Shown here one piece after another: positions 1 to 13,435 of a stretch of 64,000 bases of DNA; within the stretch, counting starts at the first letter, position 1; the number at the start of each line of letters is the position of its first letter. A program made the position numbers and the translations under genes. The notes beneath the pieces are model-generated. The model saw nothing but the letters and a program-made list of their open reading frames with translations. It was not told where the DNA came from and did not search any database. The DNA comes from Tubulanus polymorphus (Eukaryota > Animalia > Nemertea): NCBI RefSeq assembly GCF_964204645.1, contig NC_134025.1, forward strand, positions 9,672,001-9,736,000, written 5' to 3'.

Positions 1-3000
1 TTGTTCATGACATCTCTCCACTGATAACATGCCAACTTGACCTTAGTTTTCTCATCAGTGGACTCAATTTCTGGCATCAATAGTTTGTAGCGTGCAATCA
101 CATCTTCAAGTTTCTCTTGAGGGGCTCTAGCATCTGCTTCAGAATAGTCCTGAAGAAGGTCATCAAGTGCATCTACAAGCCATTTGACATCCTCACGTCG
201 TTGGTCAATATCTGTGACAAGATCCTATCAAGAGAATGCCAAAATATTATTATAATCCACAGATATCTATTGCTCTTGGGTAAACACATTCCTATAAAGT
301 GCACTCATGACATGGAATAAAAGATCAGTAAGCAGATAGTAAATTGCTATAAGAACATATAAAATATAGGACAACACGAAAGTGGAACAGCCATTGATTA
401 CACGTGTACATAAATCATTTTGAAATGATTGAAACCAAATCTCATGCTGATATTTCAATAAATGTTGACGTTCGATAGTTTTACTATAATCATAGAATAT
501 TTTGACAACATCAATGCAAAACAGCCGTCATGCATACTGTAGTAATGAAGCTGGCACAACATTGAAAAATTCAATCTACTTCAAACGTTACCAGTATTTT
601 CTGGATTGCATCAATATAAAGCTGTTTCAACTAAAATCAACATATAAAAGGGAAAATACCAAATCATTTCAATGAAATTAAATCAAACTAAGATGTGGTA
701 GAAAGACATTTTTTCATCCAACAAAAATTCATTTTGAGTACCAGTTATGGAGAAGTACGACTTACATCATATTTGGTAACTTTTTGCTTGTAGTCACTAG
801 CAGAATCAGTTTCATCATCTAAGTCTTGAATTTGTTTTTCGACGTCTGACATCCAATCCGTGAAATGGTCCAATCTGAGAAAATATTGAAAAATGGTTAT
901 TATTTTCTTCAATTCTGAAATCAAAATAACATATCAGTGGTATAAAAAATAACCTTTCATTGTACTCGTTCCATTGAGCTGGCATTTCCTGCAAGTATGT
1001 ATTCACACAGTCTATATTGCGACCAACAACGTGCCATCTGTCGAGGTATTCGTCATATGCTTCTTGCAATGATGGGTCCTCAGGATAGTAACGTTTTAAA
1101 CTATCACAGATCACTTTCATATCGTTGAGACATTTTTCACTAGTCGGGAAAAATTCACTGTCATGGAAAACCTCCTGAAATGCACAGATGAAAGTTGTTG
1201 TCGAGTAAAGGACCATGTTTAAAAAATTCAACACTGCATCATCTTCAGCTTTACTGATAAGTTAAATCAACCAAGAGATGAATTTACCTGGTGCTTCTGT
1301 TTAATAGGAGCAAGGTCACCATGTTTATCAATCTCAGCCTGTTGCTCATTTAACAGTTTCTCAGCAGTTTCAAGATTATGTAAGAATGTCTCCTCAGGTT
1401 CAGCAAACTCCAATTTCATTTGGCGGATTGGTGCATGGAACAGCACATGCTATAAAACAAATCATGCATCTGTCCTGTAAGACTTTGAGTATATCATACT
1501 ATGCAACTGGACATATAAAATCACAAAATATTGGAAAAATTAGCTGAAATTTGAAAATATGTGAAGCAGGTACGAGATGATCGTATGCTCAGTAGAAATT
1601 CAAGCACAGAAATTAAACACAATAACTAAGTACGGACAAGTAAAATACGGTTGCTTTTTAAAAAGTGCACAGATTTTGACAAATACGAAAATAACATTTA
1701 ACACATATCTTCACACTTCTAGGCCAACTGGTTAACACAACTACTGCTGTCTAACAAATTCAGTCGACCTAATTAGCACCCATATTGCTTTTTTTAAAAG
1801 GCAAAAACATCTGTCTTAAATGCGAAACTACAAATGCTGCGGCTGTCTAACTGGAGCTGTGTGAGTGTTGGTTGAAGAAAGCATCTAGGAAGTATAGGAG
1901 ATAAAATATATATAATATATATTCTAGATGAGTAGTCACTAAAAATATTGAAGAAAGAAATATAACAAAAAATACAAACTTTATTGCTCATCAAAATCGA
2001 ATCACATTCAATTAAACAATTATGAAAATAAATACTGAGAAAAGGTCAGCATAAATCGATTTTAATACACCATTGTGAAAATTATCCAGTAATTTTCATT
2101 GTAATTAAGTTTCAATAGGTGGAATATGATACAAACTTTTGTGTATGTGTATGTGGGTGCTAAACTGCAGTGAAAACCTTCAAGTTAAAAAGCGTTGTTA
2201 ACTTATTTCCAAATTGGGTGAATATTGACAATTCATTGTTGAATATTGAGTACCCAGTACCGGTATGTAAAGTATCTAATTATTTCGCATCAGTTCTAGT
2301 AGTATTCCAAGACAAATGCACCCCCTCCCTCTGTATAACCAAGCTGTAATTAAATTAAATATGACTGACAAGCAAAGAATTCTGCACCATTAGCAAGACG
2401 AAATGTTTTAGTGGGGTAGTAAAGAAGGTGATCAATGTGACAACAAAACCAGGCTCTTGATTGCCAACAATCAACTGAGATTGCATAAGATCATCAAAGG
2501 TGCATAGATCATAGTTTTACCGGTATAATCTATAACCAAACAAAGCAGTGAGGGAAAGTTATATAACCCTTACCAAGCTGGATCCAGTTCCATAATTGTT
2601 GATTAAGTTTGAATTATGACCAGTTCATTGGCAATAATTTAGCCAAGAATTCAAATTTGAACCAACGACTAGGGAACTGGCTCTAATTAAGTGGCATCTG
2701 AAATGATATGACTTTCAAAAAATTCATTTCTCTTATCAATCCGCACAGCAGGATATCCTCTCCGTATCATTATGCCATGTAACAATTCGTTGGTTTGAAA
2801 GGATTATCATAAGATCTAAATCTACATCAATCTAGCAAGGCTACTAATTCATTTTAAGCACTATCTATTGATTTCACAGTTATGCCGTAAAGAACATGCT
2901 GAACATGCCAGGGATGCATTTATTGATGAAGTAGATGAAGGAAAGGCAAAATACAAGACTATTGCATCAGGATGCTATATCCCACTAAAACACTCAGTCA

Positions 3001-6000
3001 ATGATGATATTATATCATACGTAGGCGTGCTAATTAGGTCGAATAATACATAGCAATGTAAAAAACAGAAATCCTCACAAGAAATAAATGCAACTACACA
3101 TTCCATAAACATGCAGCAGAACATTAAGAAATTGAGAAAAGACTCGAGCAGTGAAAGAACAAAATCCAGACATTCTAAAAGCTTAATAATTAGATACGGT
3201 GGCTTGCAATATTCTGGCAGAACTGTGCATAGGTGAGGTGCTTAGATATGTTGCCATGACATGAGAAAAATGTAGTCAGTGAAATTCATCATACAATGTA
3301 CAGTAGTAAGCATTTTGGACCCTCAATTACCGGTATATTACCATGAGCTGATGTTTAAATATCAATATCAATTTTGCGAAATTCAAGATGATCAATCACA
3401 TTGAAGGAAGTACACTGCTATTTAATGTATTCAATGTAAAAGAGATTCTTAAATAGAATCAGGAAGAAGAAAAGAAAAACGTGAGGTATGCAGACAGGAT
3501 CAATGAGAGATTGGAAAATGGTTAAAAAATCACTAATATACATATAGCTAATACACAGTCTGATAGTAGCAATACATATATGGTTAGGAGAAATGGATAT
3601 TACAATTAGATAGATAAACTATCGGCATATCTATGACTTTGGACTGTTCAGATGGGTATACCAGTAAACTAATTCACTAAGGATCTGGCAGAAACTACGT
3701 ACAAAAACATTTCCACTGAAATCTATTCAGTCTCAAGGGAATTGTATATATGGATATATATCCACAATAAAACGAAACCCATGAACAGGCCAAATGTCAA
3801 ATACACAACTTGCCTTCCAGTTCTCTTGCACTTGCTGAATTTGTTCACTAATAATGGTTTGCAGCTTGGGCTGTACTATTCCTACAAGGGCTTGTCCACT
3901 TTGTACAGTGGACAACAAAAGTTGTTGGTCAACAGCTCCAAAAAATTTCTGAAACAAACCGCTATCATTGAAGGAATGCTACGGGGAACAAAGGTATGAG
4001 ACAAATCGGATGGTTGTATGGTTGATGATTAGCCCAGTGACTAGGATTGCCATTTCAAAACTTTAAACTCAACCTGTGCATTACCCGGTATGTGAATTTG
4101 AAAAAAGTTGGTTGCATCACACGAAAACACGTGCCATTTAGGAAAATTCACTGCAAATAGTGAGTGCTAGCTAGTACTATGACAATTCTTTAATTCAAAT
4201 CAAGTACTGCAATTACAGTTAGGAAATATTCTTAAAACAAAACGTAAAATTATAGGCCTAGATATCTGTTAGGATGGGAAATCAAGCATTTCGCATACAA
4301 GATACAAGAGGATTAGTAAAAATTTCCAACAGCTGAACTCAATACCCGACTTTTAATCAACAACCCACTGTATGTTCATACGGTACTTAATATAGGTGAT
4401 ACATCAACAATCCTAGACACTGAGCGAAGGACTACATATCAGCTATCCAAAAAAATCAATACTCACCCGATGTTGGATCAAAAGTTGACCGACAGTATAA
4501 TCAGAATTGCTCAAGGTTTTTTCAGCTTCGAGCAACCAATCCTCACTGTTTTTTGCGCACTCAAGGTATTTTAGCCAAGTTCGACGTAGAAATTCTGTGC
4601 GTTGCTCCCATTGTTTGGCTTGGGAGACGGTTCGCTGAAAGTTGGCCAAATATTACATGCCTCAATGCCACCAGGAAAATAATCATTCAACAGAAGAAGT
4701 GATAGAACAGAAGAATGATTTTGAATCTGTGTTTTGTGAGTTAAATTTTGATTGAAAATAATGTACAAAATCGTGCTTAAGTATGAAAATAAACAATGCA
4801 AACTGAATTTACTTTTTTCATAGGAATTTGTGTCAGGAATTCAGTGACTTCATAAGAAGACCATGGAACACATATTTGGGATCGCAAGAGCATTCAACAC
4901 TGACGACAGACAGACAGCAATAAGGGATACATTTAACTATTCACTAAGACATCGATATTTTGATTATTAAGACAAATATAAACTCTAATTGAAATGAAAG
5001 GTGTGTAATGCTATTTCAACAAGATTTTTTCTTAGATATAAGATCAAAGAAGTTGATTTTCAACATATTGTTCAGTTTCAACAATTCATTTTTGTCCCTT
5101 TTTAATATTTTGAAGTGTATTACCTATTTCAGTAAAAAATATGCAGGATATTGTTGTGTATTTATGAATATGTATGGATTTTGTTTGTTTTGAAAGAGAT
5201 TTCTTTATGTTTGGCATGTAGAAAGGAGGAAGGGAAAGACCAATGAGAAACCCAGCTCCAGTTAAACAACACGTCTGGCATGCCTGGCATGCATGATTTA
5301 TATCAACGCACGTAGAATTATGCATCTAATCTAGTTACTTCTGAATGTGGATTGTCAAACGCATACAGCACATAAATTCTAAACACTACTACATTTGTAA
5401 GCATTCTGGCGATATTTTTAGGGTTAATGATGAATTATATTATGCCGTGCTGACTAATTTCTAATGATTAAATTTATTAAGATTCTTCAAGCCGTAACTA
5501 CAACGTAAATGGCCTACCGATGGTAATGTCAAGTATGAAAATGCTAAAGTAACAGTAGGCATACAAACATCAACAAGTGGCAGCATAAGCCACTGGGAGA
5601 CTGAAATAAAGTTTCGTGTCAGTAAACAAAAAACATTGCGCCGAAACAACGGTTTCAGATTGTAGCAGGAAGCAAAAGCTGTTGCCATGGTAACCAAAAA
5701 ACCTTCCCATCGTATTTTTGAGCCTATGTCTCTAAAATAGCTGAAAATTTCCAAAATGTTACCTCCGTAGTTCACCGCTGATGACAAACCTACCTGGAAA
5801 CGTTCCTTAAGGTCATTGAATGTCTGCTCCATTTCAGCTGTATCCACGTTTTTCACACCGGCGCGCTGCATTTTTTGGAAAACTTTATTCTTGCCCTCGA
5901 GCATTGACTTGTAGTACGTTGTTTCAGAGAACAGTGCCTAGAATCGATTCAAGTATAACCATTTACTTCCTGATCAATCTTGCAAAGTCACCAAAGCTGT

Positions 6001-9000
6001 GACAAATTTCAGATTCAATACCTTGTGTTTTTCCAACTTGTCAGCGATTGATTCAATATTGCTGCTGTCTGGAGAATTTCCAACTAAAACAGCTTCAGCA
6101 TTGTCCAACCAATGACTTATATCTGAGATTCCAGTTTCCAAAGATTCTACTTGTGGAAGCATATTTTTCAGTCCTTTCACTCGGTCGGGAACTTCCTTCT
6201 GTACTTTTATGATGCGTTCCTTGATGACCTTCAGTGTGCCAAGCATTTCGTTGATGGTCTCCTGTGAACTTTCTTTAACAAGGGATTGACCAATCTTAGA
6301 CATTGTCTTGAAGTCAGTTTGAATGCCTTCGACCTCGCTTTGTGCTTTCTGTTAAAACAATTTTCTAACATATGTGAAAAGGAATCGAAGATCACACAAA
6401 AGACAGAAGTATCTTCATAGCTGATAATGCCTACCTCAAGCGCATGGAGAAGCTCTTTTATCTGAGGGTATGAACAAGGAATTGTTTTCTCCAACAGTGC
6501 TTCCACATCCTCCAGCCAATCAGAGATATTATCCACTCCAAACTTATACTCCTCGCGGGCCTTGTCGGCAACTTCTTTCTTGTGAACTGATTCAAGCTGA
6601 AATATATGACACATCATTATCATACAATTCATTCCTCTGACAAGAAAATCATGATTAATTCAAATAAGGATTTTAAAATTCTAGCAACTTCTGCTTAGCC
6701 CCTAACATGAAACATACCTGTTCAGTACCATCTTTGAAACGTTTATTAACAAATAACAAATTTTGTTTTATCTCGTTAGCAATTGGTGGTTCACAAACGT
6801 CAATAAGATAATTGCCGGCTTCGTTCAACATTTTGTGTTTCTCTTGAAACTGCGGAAAGTCTTCAAAGAATTTCTAAATATGAATCAAAGAAATACATCA
6901 ATTAGTACAGTTCTTTTAAAGGAAGTTAGGATTACATTTTTCATAGATATTCCACAAATATAAAACTTACGTTTCTTTCTTCAAGTGAAGCGGACAATTT
7001 CTTTTCGGCATCTGAAAGCCAAACCTGAAGCATATCGTCACAACTGAGGTAACGTTTCCAATATTGGCTCGTTTTGTCGAGTGATGTCTGGCAACTTTGC
7101 ACCTCCACTTTTAACGGATCCCATTGGTCCTTCACCTCTTCCAGGAAACTATCGACTGCTTGTATAGAATCAGTATCTGGAAGCAAACAAATGTCAACTC
7201 CATTGTATGCAACAATATAGGATAAATGAAACAAGTAAGCCAAGAGTAACCAAAAATCTAAATTGAGTCAACAAAAGTCAGACAAGTTGAATATACTTAC
7301 CATTTGGATCAAAACTTTTCTTCTGTGCCTCTGACTTATTCTTACAATCTCCAAATGCCTTATCGAATGTTTCAAACAGCTTCTGGTTTTTGATATAATC
7401 CTAGTCAAATGAAATCACCAAATGAGTACCAATGTGAATAAGTTTCAAAATGCTTTAATGAAACAATTGGTCATCGACCAAGGGTTCTTTATTTGATTTC
7501 CAATTATCAACTTACGTTACAATCATTGAGCATATCATCGACATCATCTTGGCGTCCTACTTTACCTCCCCAATCTTTAACTTTATCATCTGTTTGGTCG
7601 AGTAATCCGAGCAAACGGTGACGAGACTCTTCGTATTCCATCTTGCGTAAAATATGAGGAGCTGCCAGAACGACTTTGCTGATTCGCTTGCCAATATCGT
7701 CCAGTTGTTGTTTGGGTATCTTTTTGCCGTCGACTTCGCCTTTTTGCTTGATCTGGTTGAAAGCCCTTCGAATCGAATCGGCATCTTTGAACAAAGCCTT
7801 GAAAAAAGACCAAAATGTCATTAACCAGTAATACATGTGGCGTGATGTTACTAGAGCCCAAGATAAAAACAGTACTCTATGCAAAATTTTTCAAAAATAT
7901 GTCAATCGCACCTTGTGTGTTCCAACTTTCCCTTTCAAAATCTCAGCAATTTCATTATTATCACTTATATCTTTTGGCACTACATCGTCATATATGAGCT
8001 GTTCAGCTTTTAACAACCATTCCGCAATATCACCGCATTTGCCAGGCAATGCACGATCAAGTTTATCCTGCCACGCTTTGATTTGTTTGTTCGTTTCGTC
8101 CCAGCGACCATTTAGATAATCAGACTTTTCTTTATCGATCACCAAAGCGCTTCCAGAATCGTACAACTGTTTCAATCGATCCACACCTTCTCTATACTGA
8201 GCTTGTTCACCTTTTAGTTTCATTAAATCCTGAAAAACGAAATGGGGGACATCTTAACAATTCAATGACAAAAACCCATAGACATCGAATTAAAAGAACT
8301 AAAATGCCATTTAAAGAACTTGACAACCATAGAGAAATAAGGCCTTTTAAACCAACAGACGGTGAAATGACAATGCGTACCTCATACTCTGCAGCAGGAT
8401 CAGTGATAGGCTGTTTCGCCATATCTAATTTACCATCAGTCTGATCAAGCCAACTGAGAACTTCGTTGTATAACTGCCGCTCGGCCTCTGCAGCCATTTT
8501 TTCATCAGCTTCGGAATTGAGCTATGTATGAAAAAAAATGAAGCAATTAATGATTCAAATATAATTTTCAAGGTTTAAGTACAAAATCAAGTTACGTTAC
8601 ATGGTTCAGCTAGACGATATGAAGAGATTTTATTTTTGTAAATCTTATAGTTTTATCTAACCTTGTACTTTAGATTTGATTCAGCAACAGCAATTCATTA
8701 GTCAAAGATAGGGAAATTAGATTCAATTAATATAACAAACAAACAAGTTGAATCACAAAATCATATCGGCACAACAAATAATGTATTGAAACTAGCATGA
8801 ACTATACATACATTTTATTGCGTATAATCTAAATGAAGCATATCAACCCTAATTGAAATTTAATGAAATGGTGTCAGCATATTTGGTAAATTGAGGCTGT
8901 GGTCACAACATCAAAGGAAATATTAGATATGTGGTGTATATGTAAGGTTTTTGTATATGGTCTGGGCATTGAAGATATTAGAAAAGACTAAACAATGAAG

Positions 9001-11945
9001 TACCAGTACCAGTTCTGTGGCATAGCTGAACAGCTTCCGATGCTATTGAATGATGCATGCAAATATATGTAAAACACCAAGACAATGAGAAAGGCATAAA
9101 AACGTATATTGCTCATGGATGAACTTCAAATTGCCATGTTGATATGAAATTTCAATATTTTTTTCGTGATGGATGCACATTGAGTGTAAATATACCACCT
9201 ATTCAATGAGAAACTAGCATGCAATATAAGAACACCTGATATGACACGGACAGATATGCATAATTGACCACAAGCTCACCTTTGGACATTTTATTCGTCG
9301 ATCTCCATCCAAAAATGGATGCATAAGCATAAACTGATGTAACGATTTCAGGCATGAAGTCTATAGTTAAACAAAACAAAACAAGCAATACATGGTTAGT
9401 ATTTAATGAGTGCAATTCTACGGAAGCTTTATTCGCTTTCTGAGCCCATATACTATACGATGCCATTTAACAAATTCAATCTAAAAATCGTACCAATTAA
9501 ATATACCGGTATCAATTTGTATTGATAGCCGAGTGAATGTGTTCATCTTGCAAATACAGGTAAATGATATGAGACTTTTGAATTCAGAAATAATCTACCG
9601 GTAGTATTAATTTCACTCTTCTTAAAAGTTTTTCCTGATGCAGGATTCACTCTGGTAATTGGAACGATTTCATGTGTCTAAACTGCTTAAAAGCATCTAT
9701 TAGCTGCCGTTAGGTTTTTAGCTCATTAAGTTTCAGTGCACTGTATTTTCTTTGGTGTATTTATTGTTATCATCACGTGCACAGGTAACAAACATTTTAT
9801 TTCAATCAATAAAGGATATCATTTTATCAGTGATCATCTTTAGAGGAAGGAGTCAAGCCCGTCGAAATTCACCAAGAGATACAAAGCACAGGTAAGTACA
9901 TACAGTAAACCATCAATCAATAAATTGATGCCGAGTTGGAAGATGCATCAAAGTGCTTAAATAATACAAGCCAAATAGAGCGGTCAAGTTTAAATAATGA
10001 TGCACTCCTCTTTTACATAGGGGTGTCTGAAGCGTAAGAATAAAGTACACAGATAGGACATGAGGATTTTTACCTCCTCAGTGAGCACTGGAACCTAAAA
10101 TATGTGCAATAAAAATATTTTCGATTCATTAGGTGATAATAACAATTGAATAAATGAATATGAATTGTAGTGGCTTATCTATCTTCAGCACAGTTGACGG
10201 CTATCATTAGGACGCAGGCTTCACATCAGTCTATCGATCAAAACCAATTATCGCCACAAAAAATGCCACCTCATAAACCATCCAGTAGTTAAACTAATGG
10301 ATGGATCATGCGGTAGAATATGGTGAAAAATACGTCAAACAATTAGTGCACTGATTCACAAATTGCCATGTGCCTTACAATATGAAGTGCATTATGGACA
10401 AAAATAACTTGTAAATAAAAATGGTGTAAAATTTCTAAACTCCCATGATGTAAGACTAGAATATTAAGCAACTGAAAAAAATTCATCTAAAATAAACTTG
10501 ATGCTTACCTTCGGGTCAGGATTATCCGGATCAGGATAAGCCTTCATAAATTGAGCGACGTATGTCATAATGGACTTCTCATCTGGTTTATCCATATCAA
10601 CATCTGTACAAATTGATGACAAAATATCATATCATACAACTATCCATGGTAAATAAATATACATGTATTATCCCTAGGTCTGTTGGGAACATTGAATTCA
10701 TTGGTACCCAGTTCCAGTTACGGGCAAATTACAACTTTCAAATTAAAATCAGATGAGTACCTTCTGGATCCAACAATCGAGGGATTCCGAGGTGGCGTTC
10801 AGCTTTGCTGAATGCATCTTCGAGATTCTCACGGTTACTCCTACGATGGACTTCATCCATATCGACAATATCTGGACGGACATTGTGTACAAGGGCATTA
10901 AATGCAACACCATCCCTCCAACTTTTACCAAAATCTTTCACTGGAACGCCGCTTTTGCTGTGAATGATAATAATAAATTTTTCAGAATTTACAAAAAAGT
11001 CATGACCACTAACTTCGTTTAACAAATTTTTCTCTAGCTTAACGTTTTGCTCAGAATACTCACTCGGTAACAGCTTTTTCAGCCCAGACAAGCAGGGCTT
11101 TCTTCGCTGTCATTTTGAAGCGTTGCAACGAAGAATCTCCATCTTGTAAATCCAGCCCAGCGAGTGCAGCTGCTGAATTTTCTTCGATCTAATTGAATAA
11201 GAGCAAAGATGTCTTCTTGGCAAAATTTGTTCGAAAATATCTATAATACTGAACAAATTAAGACACAAGGCTTTATGTGCATTTTTCAGTACATTTTTTG
11301 AATGTTACATATTTCAGCTATTCCAAATCAATCTTGTATGACAATCTATGAAGATAAAATCTAGACAAGTAAGCTAAATACCTGGAAATACAGAATAATT
11401 GTCCAAACGAGACCGAGAACAATTGACGGCTTGCCATCTGCGATGTCGGATGGATTTATGTTGACTAATTTGATCTTTTTACTCTCCAAAAAATCTAAAG
11501 ATGTTCTGATGTTGTTTAAGAAATGCACTCGCTGCAAGTGTTTCGTTCTTTCATGCGGCTGAAATGAGCAGGAAAAATTCGATAACATATTTGAAACAGC
11601 CACCCTATAGTCGAATTGCATTCATAATGGACTCACCAGTTTTTCCCCGGACAACACCTCAAGCAGCTGCAGTAACATCACCCCATTTTTGATATCATTG
11701 AATAACTCTGTTACCTTCGAAGGTGGATCATACTGAAAGAAGTATAACAATAAAAGGCAGAGATTAGTTAAAGGTATTTTGAAAGTTGGGTCTTAATTTT
11801 CTAAACTGAATTGTTCATAACAGACACAAATACATAAGAAATATATCAAAAGCAAATAAGGAGTAATATCCCGAGATACTTACATTACATAGATAGGAGT
11901 TGATCCAGTTTGTGAAGGTCTTTTTCTGCACTCTTTCTTGTTCAT
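1..11945 (-). CDS. SYNE1: Nesprin-1/MSP-300/ANC-1-like giant spectrin-repeat protein, constant exons (CH1, CH2, first spectrin repeats); continues beyond position 1
   Basis: Exons read by eye with consistent phases: 11945-11884 (EQERVQKKTFTNWINSYL), 11732-11637, 11558-11382 (KIKLVNINPSDIADGKPSIVLGLVWTIILYFQ, typical of nesprin CH1), 11188-11064, 10957-10761 (DFGKSWRDGVAFNAL, CH2), 10603-10509 (DKPDEKSIMTYVAQF), 8521-8381, 8229-7912, 7797-7516, 7400-7301, 7176-6971, 6873-6718, 6596-6435, 6348-6022, 5937-5794, 4634-4467, 3948-3814, 1449-1288, 1174-954, 874-766, 224-1. The later exons encode Trp-anchored spectrin repeats. The KASH end is not in the window, so orthology rests on the CH-domain sequence. 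Confidence 0.88.
9280..9360 (-). CDS. Candidate 81-nt cassette exon of nesprin (TSCLKSLHQFMLMHPFLDGDRRIKCPK)
   Basis: Acceptor ctatag, donor AAG|gtgagc, phase 0-0, open in the nesprin frame, in the linker between CH2 and the first repeat. Confidence 0.55.
10074..10094 (-). CDS. Candidate 21-nt microexon of nesprin (VPVLTEE)
   Basis: ttttag|GTTCCAGTGCTCACTGAGGAG|gtaaaa; phase 0-0 matches the flanking exons. Confidence 0.6.
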
Positions 11946-12076
11946 CTAGAAGAAAAAAAAGTAATGCAATATTGAAATTAAGTTTTTCAAGAACCTAACT
12001 GCTGAAAGTAAAATATATACATCAAATTCTATATCAACATAAAGAGCCTTATAGTTTCAGGGGAAAAACAACATAC

Positions 12077-12197
12077 AAGAAACTCTCTTTGCAGGAAGCA
12101 ATCCTGCTCTCATCGTATTCTCAATTTTCCTCACGTCGAAACCGATCATATGACGTTCCTTTGGGAACTTTTTCCGCAGTTTCCACTTTAAATCCAT
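12077..12197 (-). CDS. Candidate alternative first coding exon A of nesprin (MDLKWKLRKKFPKERH...AKRVS, 40 aa)
   Basis: ATG at 12197; donor TCT T|gtatgt in phase 1; 131-nt intron to the common acceptor at 11945. Confidence 0.5.
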
Positions 12198-13435
12198 CAC
12201 TATTGCCACCGAACAATGCAATGCTGAACGCGGCAGTATTCGATATGATAAAAACATTCGTCAGTTCTACGCGAATCAGAATTATTTCATTATGTTAAAT
12301 AAATATCATACGTAATCTTCTTATGTTAAGTCTTCATGGGAAATTGAATTCATCCACATCGACCAAACCTCGGATGCTAAGACCACTTAGTGCTACCAAA
12401 AATGCCATTATAGGTGCAAAAAACTTTTAACCGGTTAATAACTAACCTTGTAGAATGAAGCGAAATAATTCGGTAGGATCAAAATGCTTATTAAGTAACT
12501 TGGCATACATTGATCAACATGTTTACAACTAGAAAACGAAGTTCAAGTCTTGCCTCTTAGCCTAACGAGTGGGAATCAAGCAATGTGGTTTACCTATCAA
12601 TACTCGTTCATTAGCATCTCACTGGATTTTTTTTTTGCTTATCGCCAATGAACAGTCGACCGCAAAATCAATAAATCAATGTGAAATCAACTGCACGATT
12701 AATTTCTTTATCGAGTACCAGCAGAGAAATTTACCAACGGGAGAATGATGATTTCTTAAATGCCTCGTACTACTTGAATAAATTGGGAAATTAAAACAAT
12801 TTGTCACAAATGAACTGAAAATTGAGAGTTCTGAGGTACACAAATTCAAGCCTGCAAAACTATTAGCTCCACATATTCTAACAAAAAATATTTTGCATTT
12901 CTTTTACCGTCGTAGTAAGAAATAATTCAGGCAAAGAGGCATTTAGTTATATAGAAAGGTATTTCTTTGTGAAATCACAGAAGAGGTCATGGAACGTATA
13001 ATTAATCACGTTCCAATATATGCTTATTGCATAGCAGGGGGCACTGAAATGTTTGAACTGGTTTAATGTTTAACCAACTTATTACGAACACTACAGAAGG
13101 GAAAAGACCACATATGGAAGCTTAGTCGGTGAAAATAATACTATAATCAGTAGTTTTTAACAAGAATTCATATTGATTGTTGTTGTATATTTGCTAACTT
13201 GATAAACATATAAATAAGTGGGGATTTTTTTAGATAGGCTTTTATCTTACATTCCATAAACGCAGTTCTGCAGGTCATAGCACTTTATCAATTAATATAT
13301 TTAAGAGATCAGATGAAGTAATCTAAGAATTTTTTCATTCTGTGAACACTCCTCTACTTAAAACTATACTAATGTATTAAACTGAAAACTCGAGAAAATT
13401 AAGGAACGCAAGAGAGGAAAATTGTAGGTGCATAC

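Noticed and set aside
5086-5325. Cys-rich ORF (CQACQTCC...FLIGLSLPP) considered as a KASH or metal-binding exon
   Set aside because: No full transmembrane helix or terminal PPPx, and no compatible splice sites found; likely intronic.
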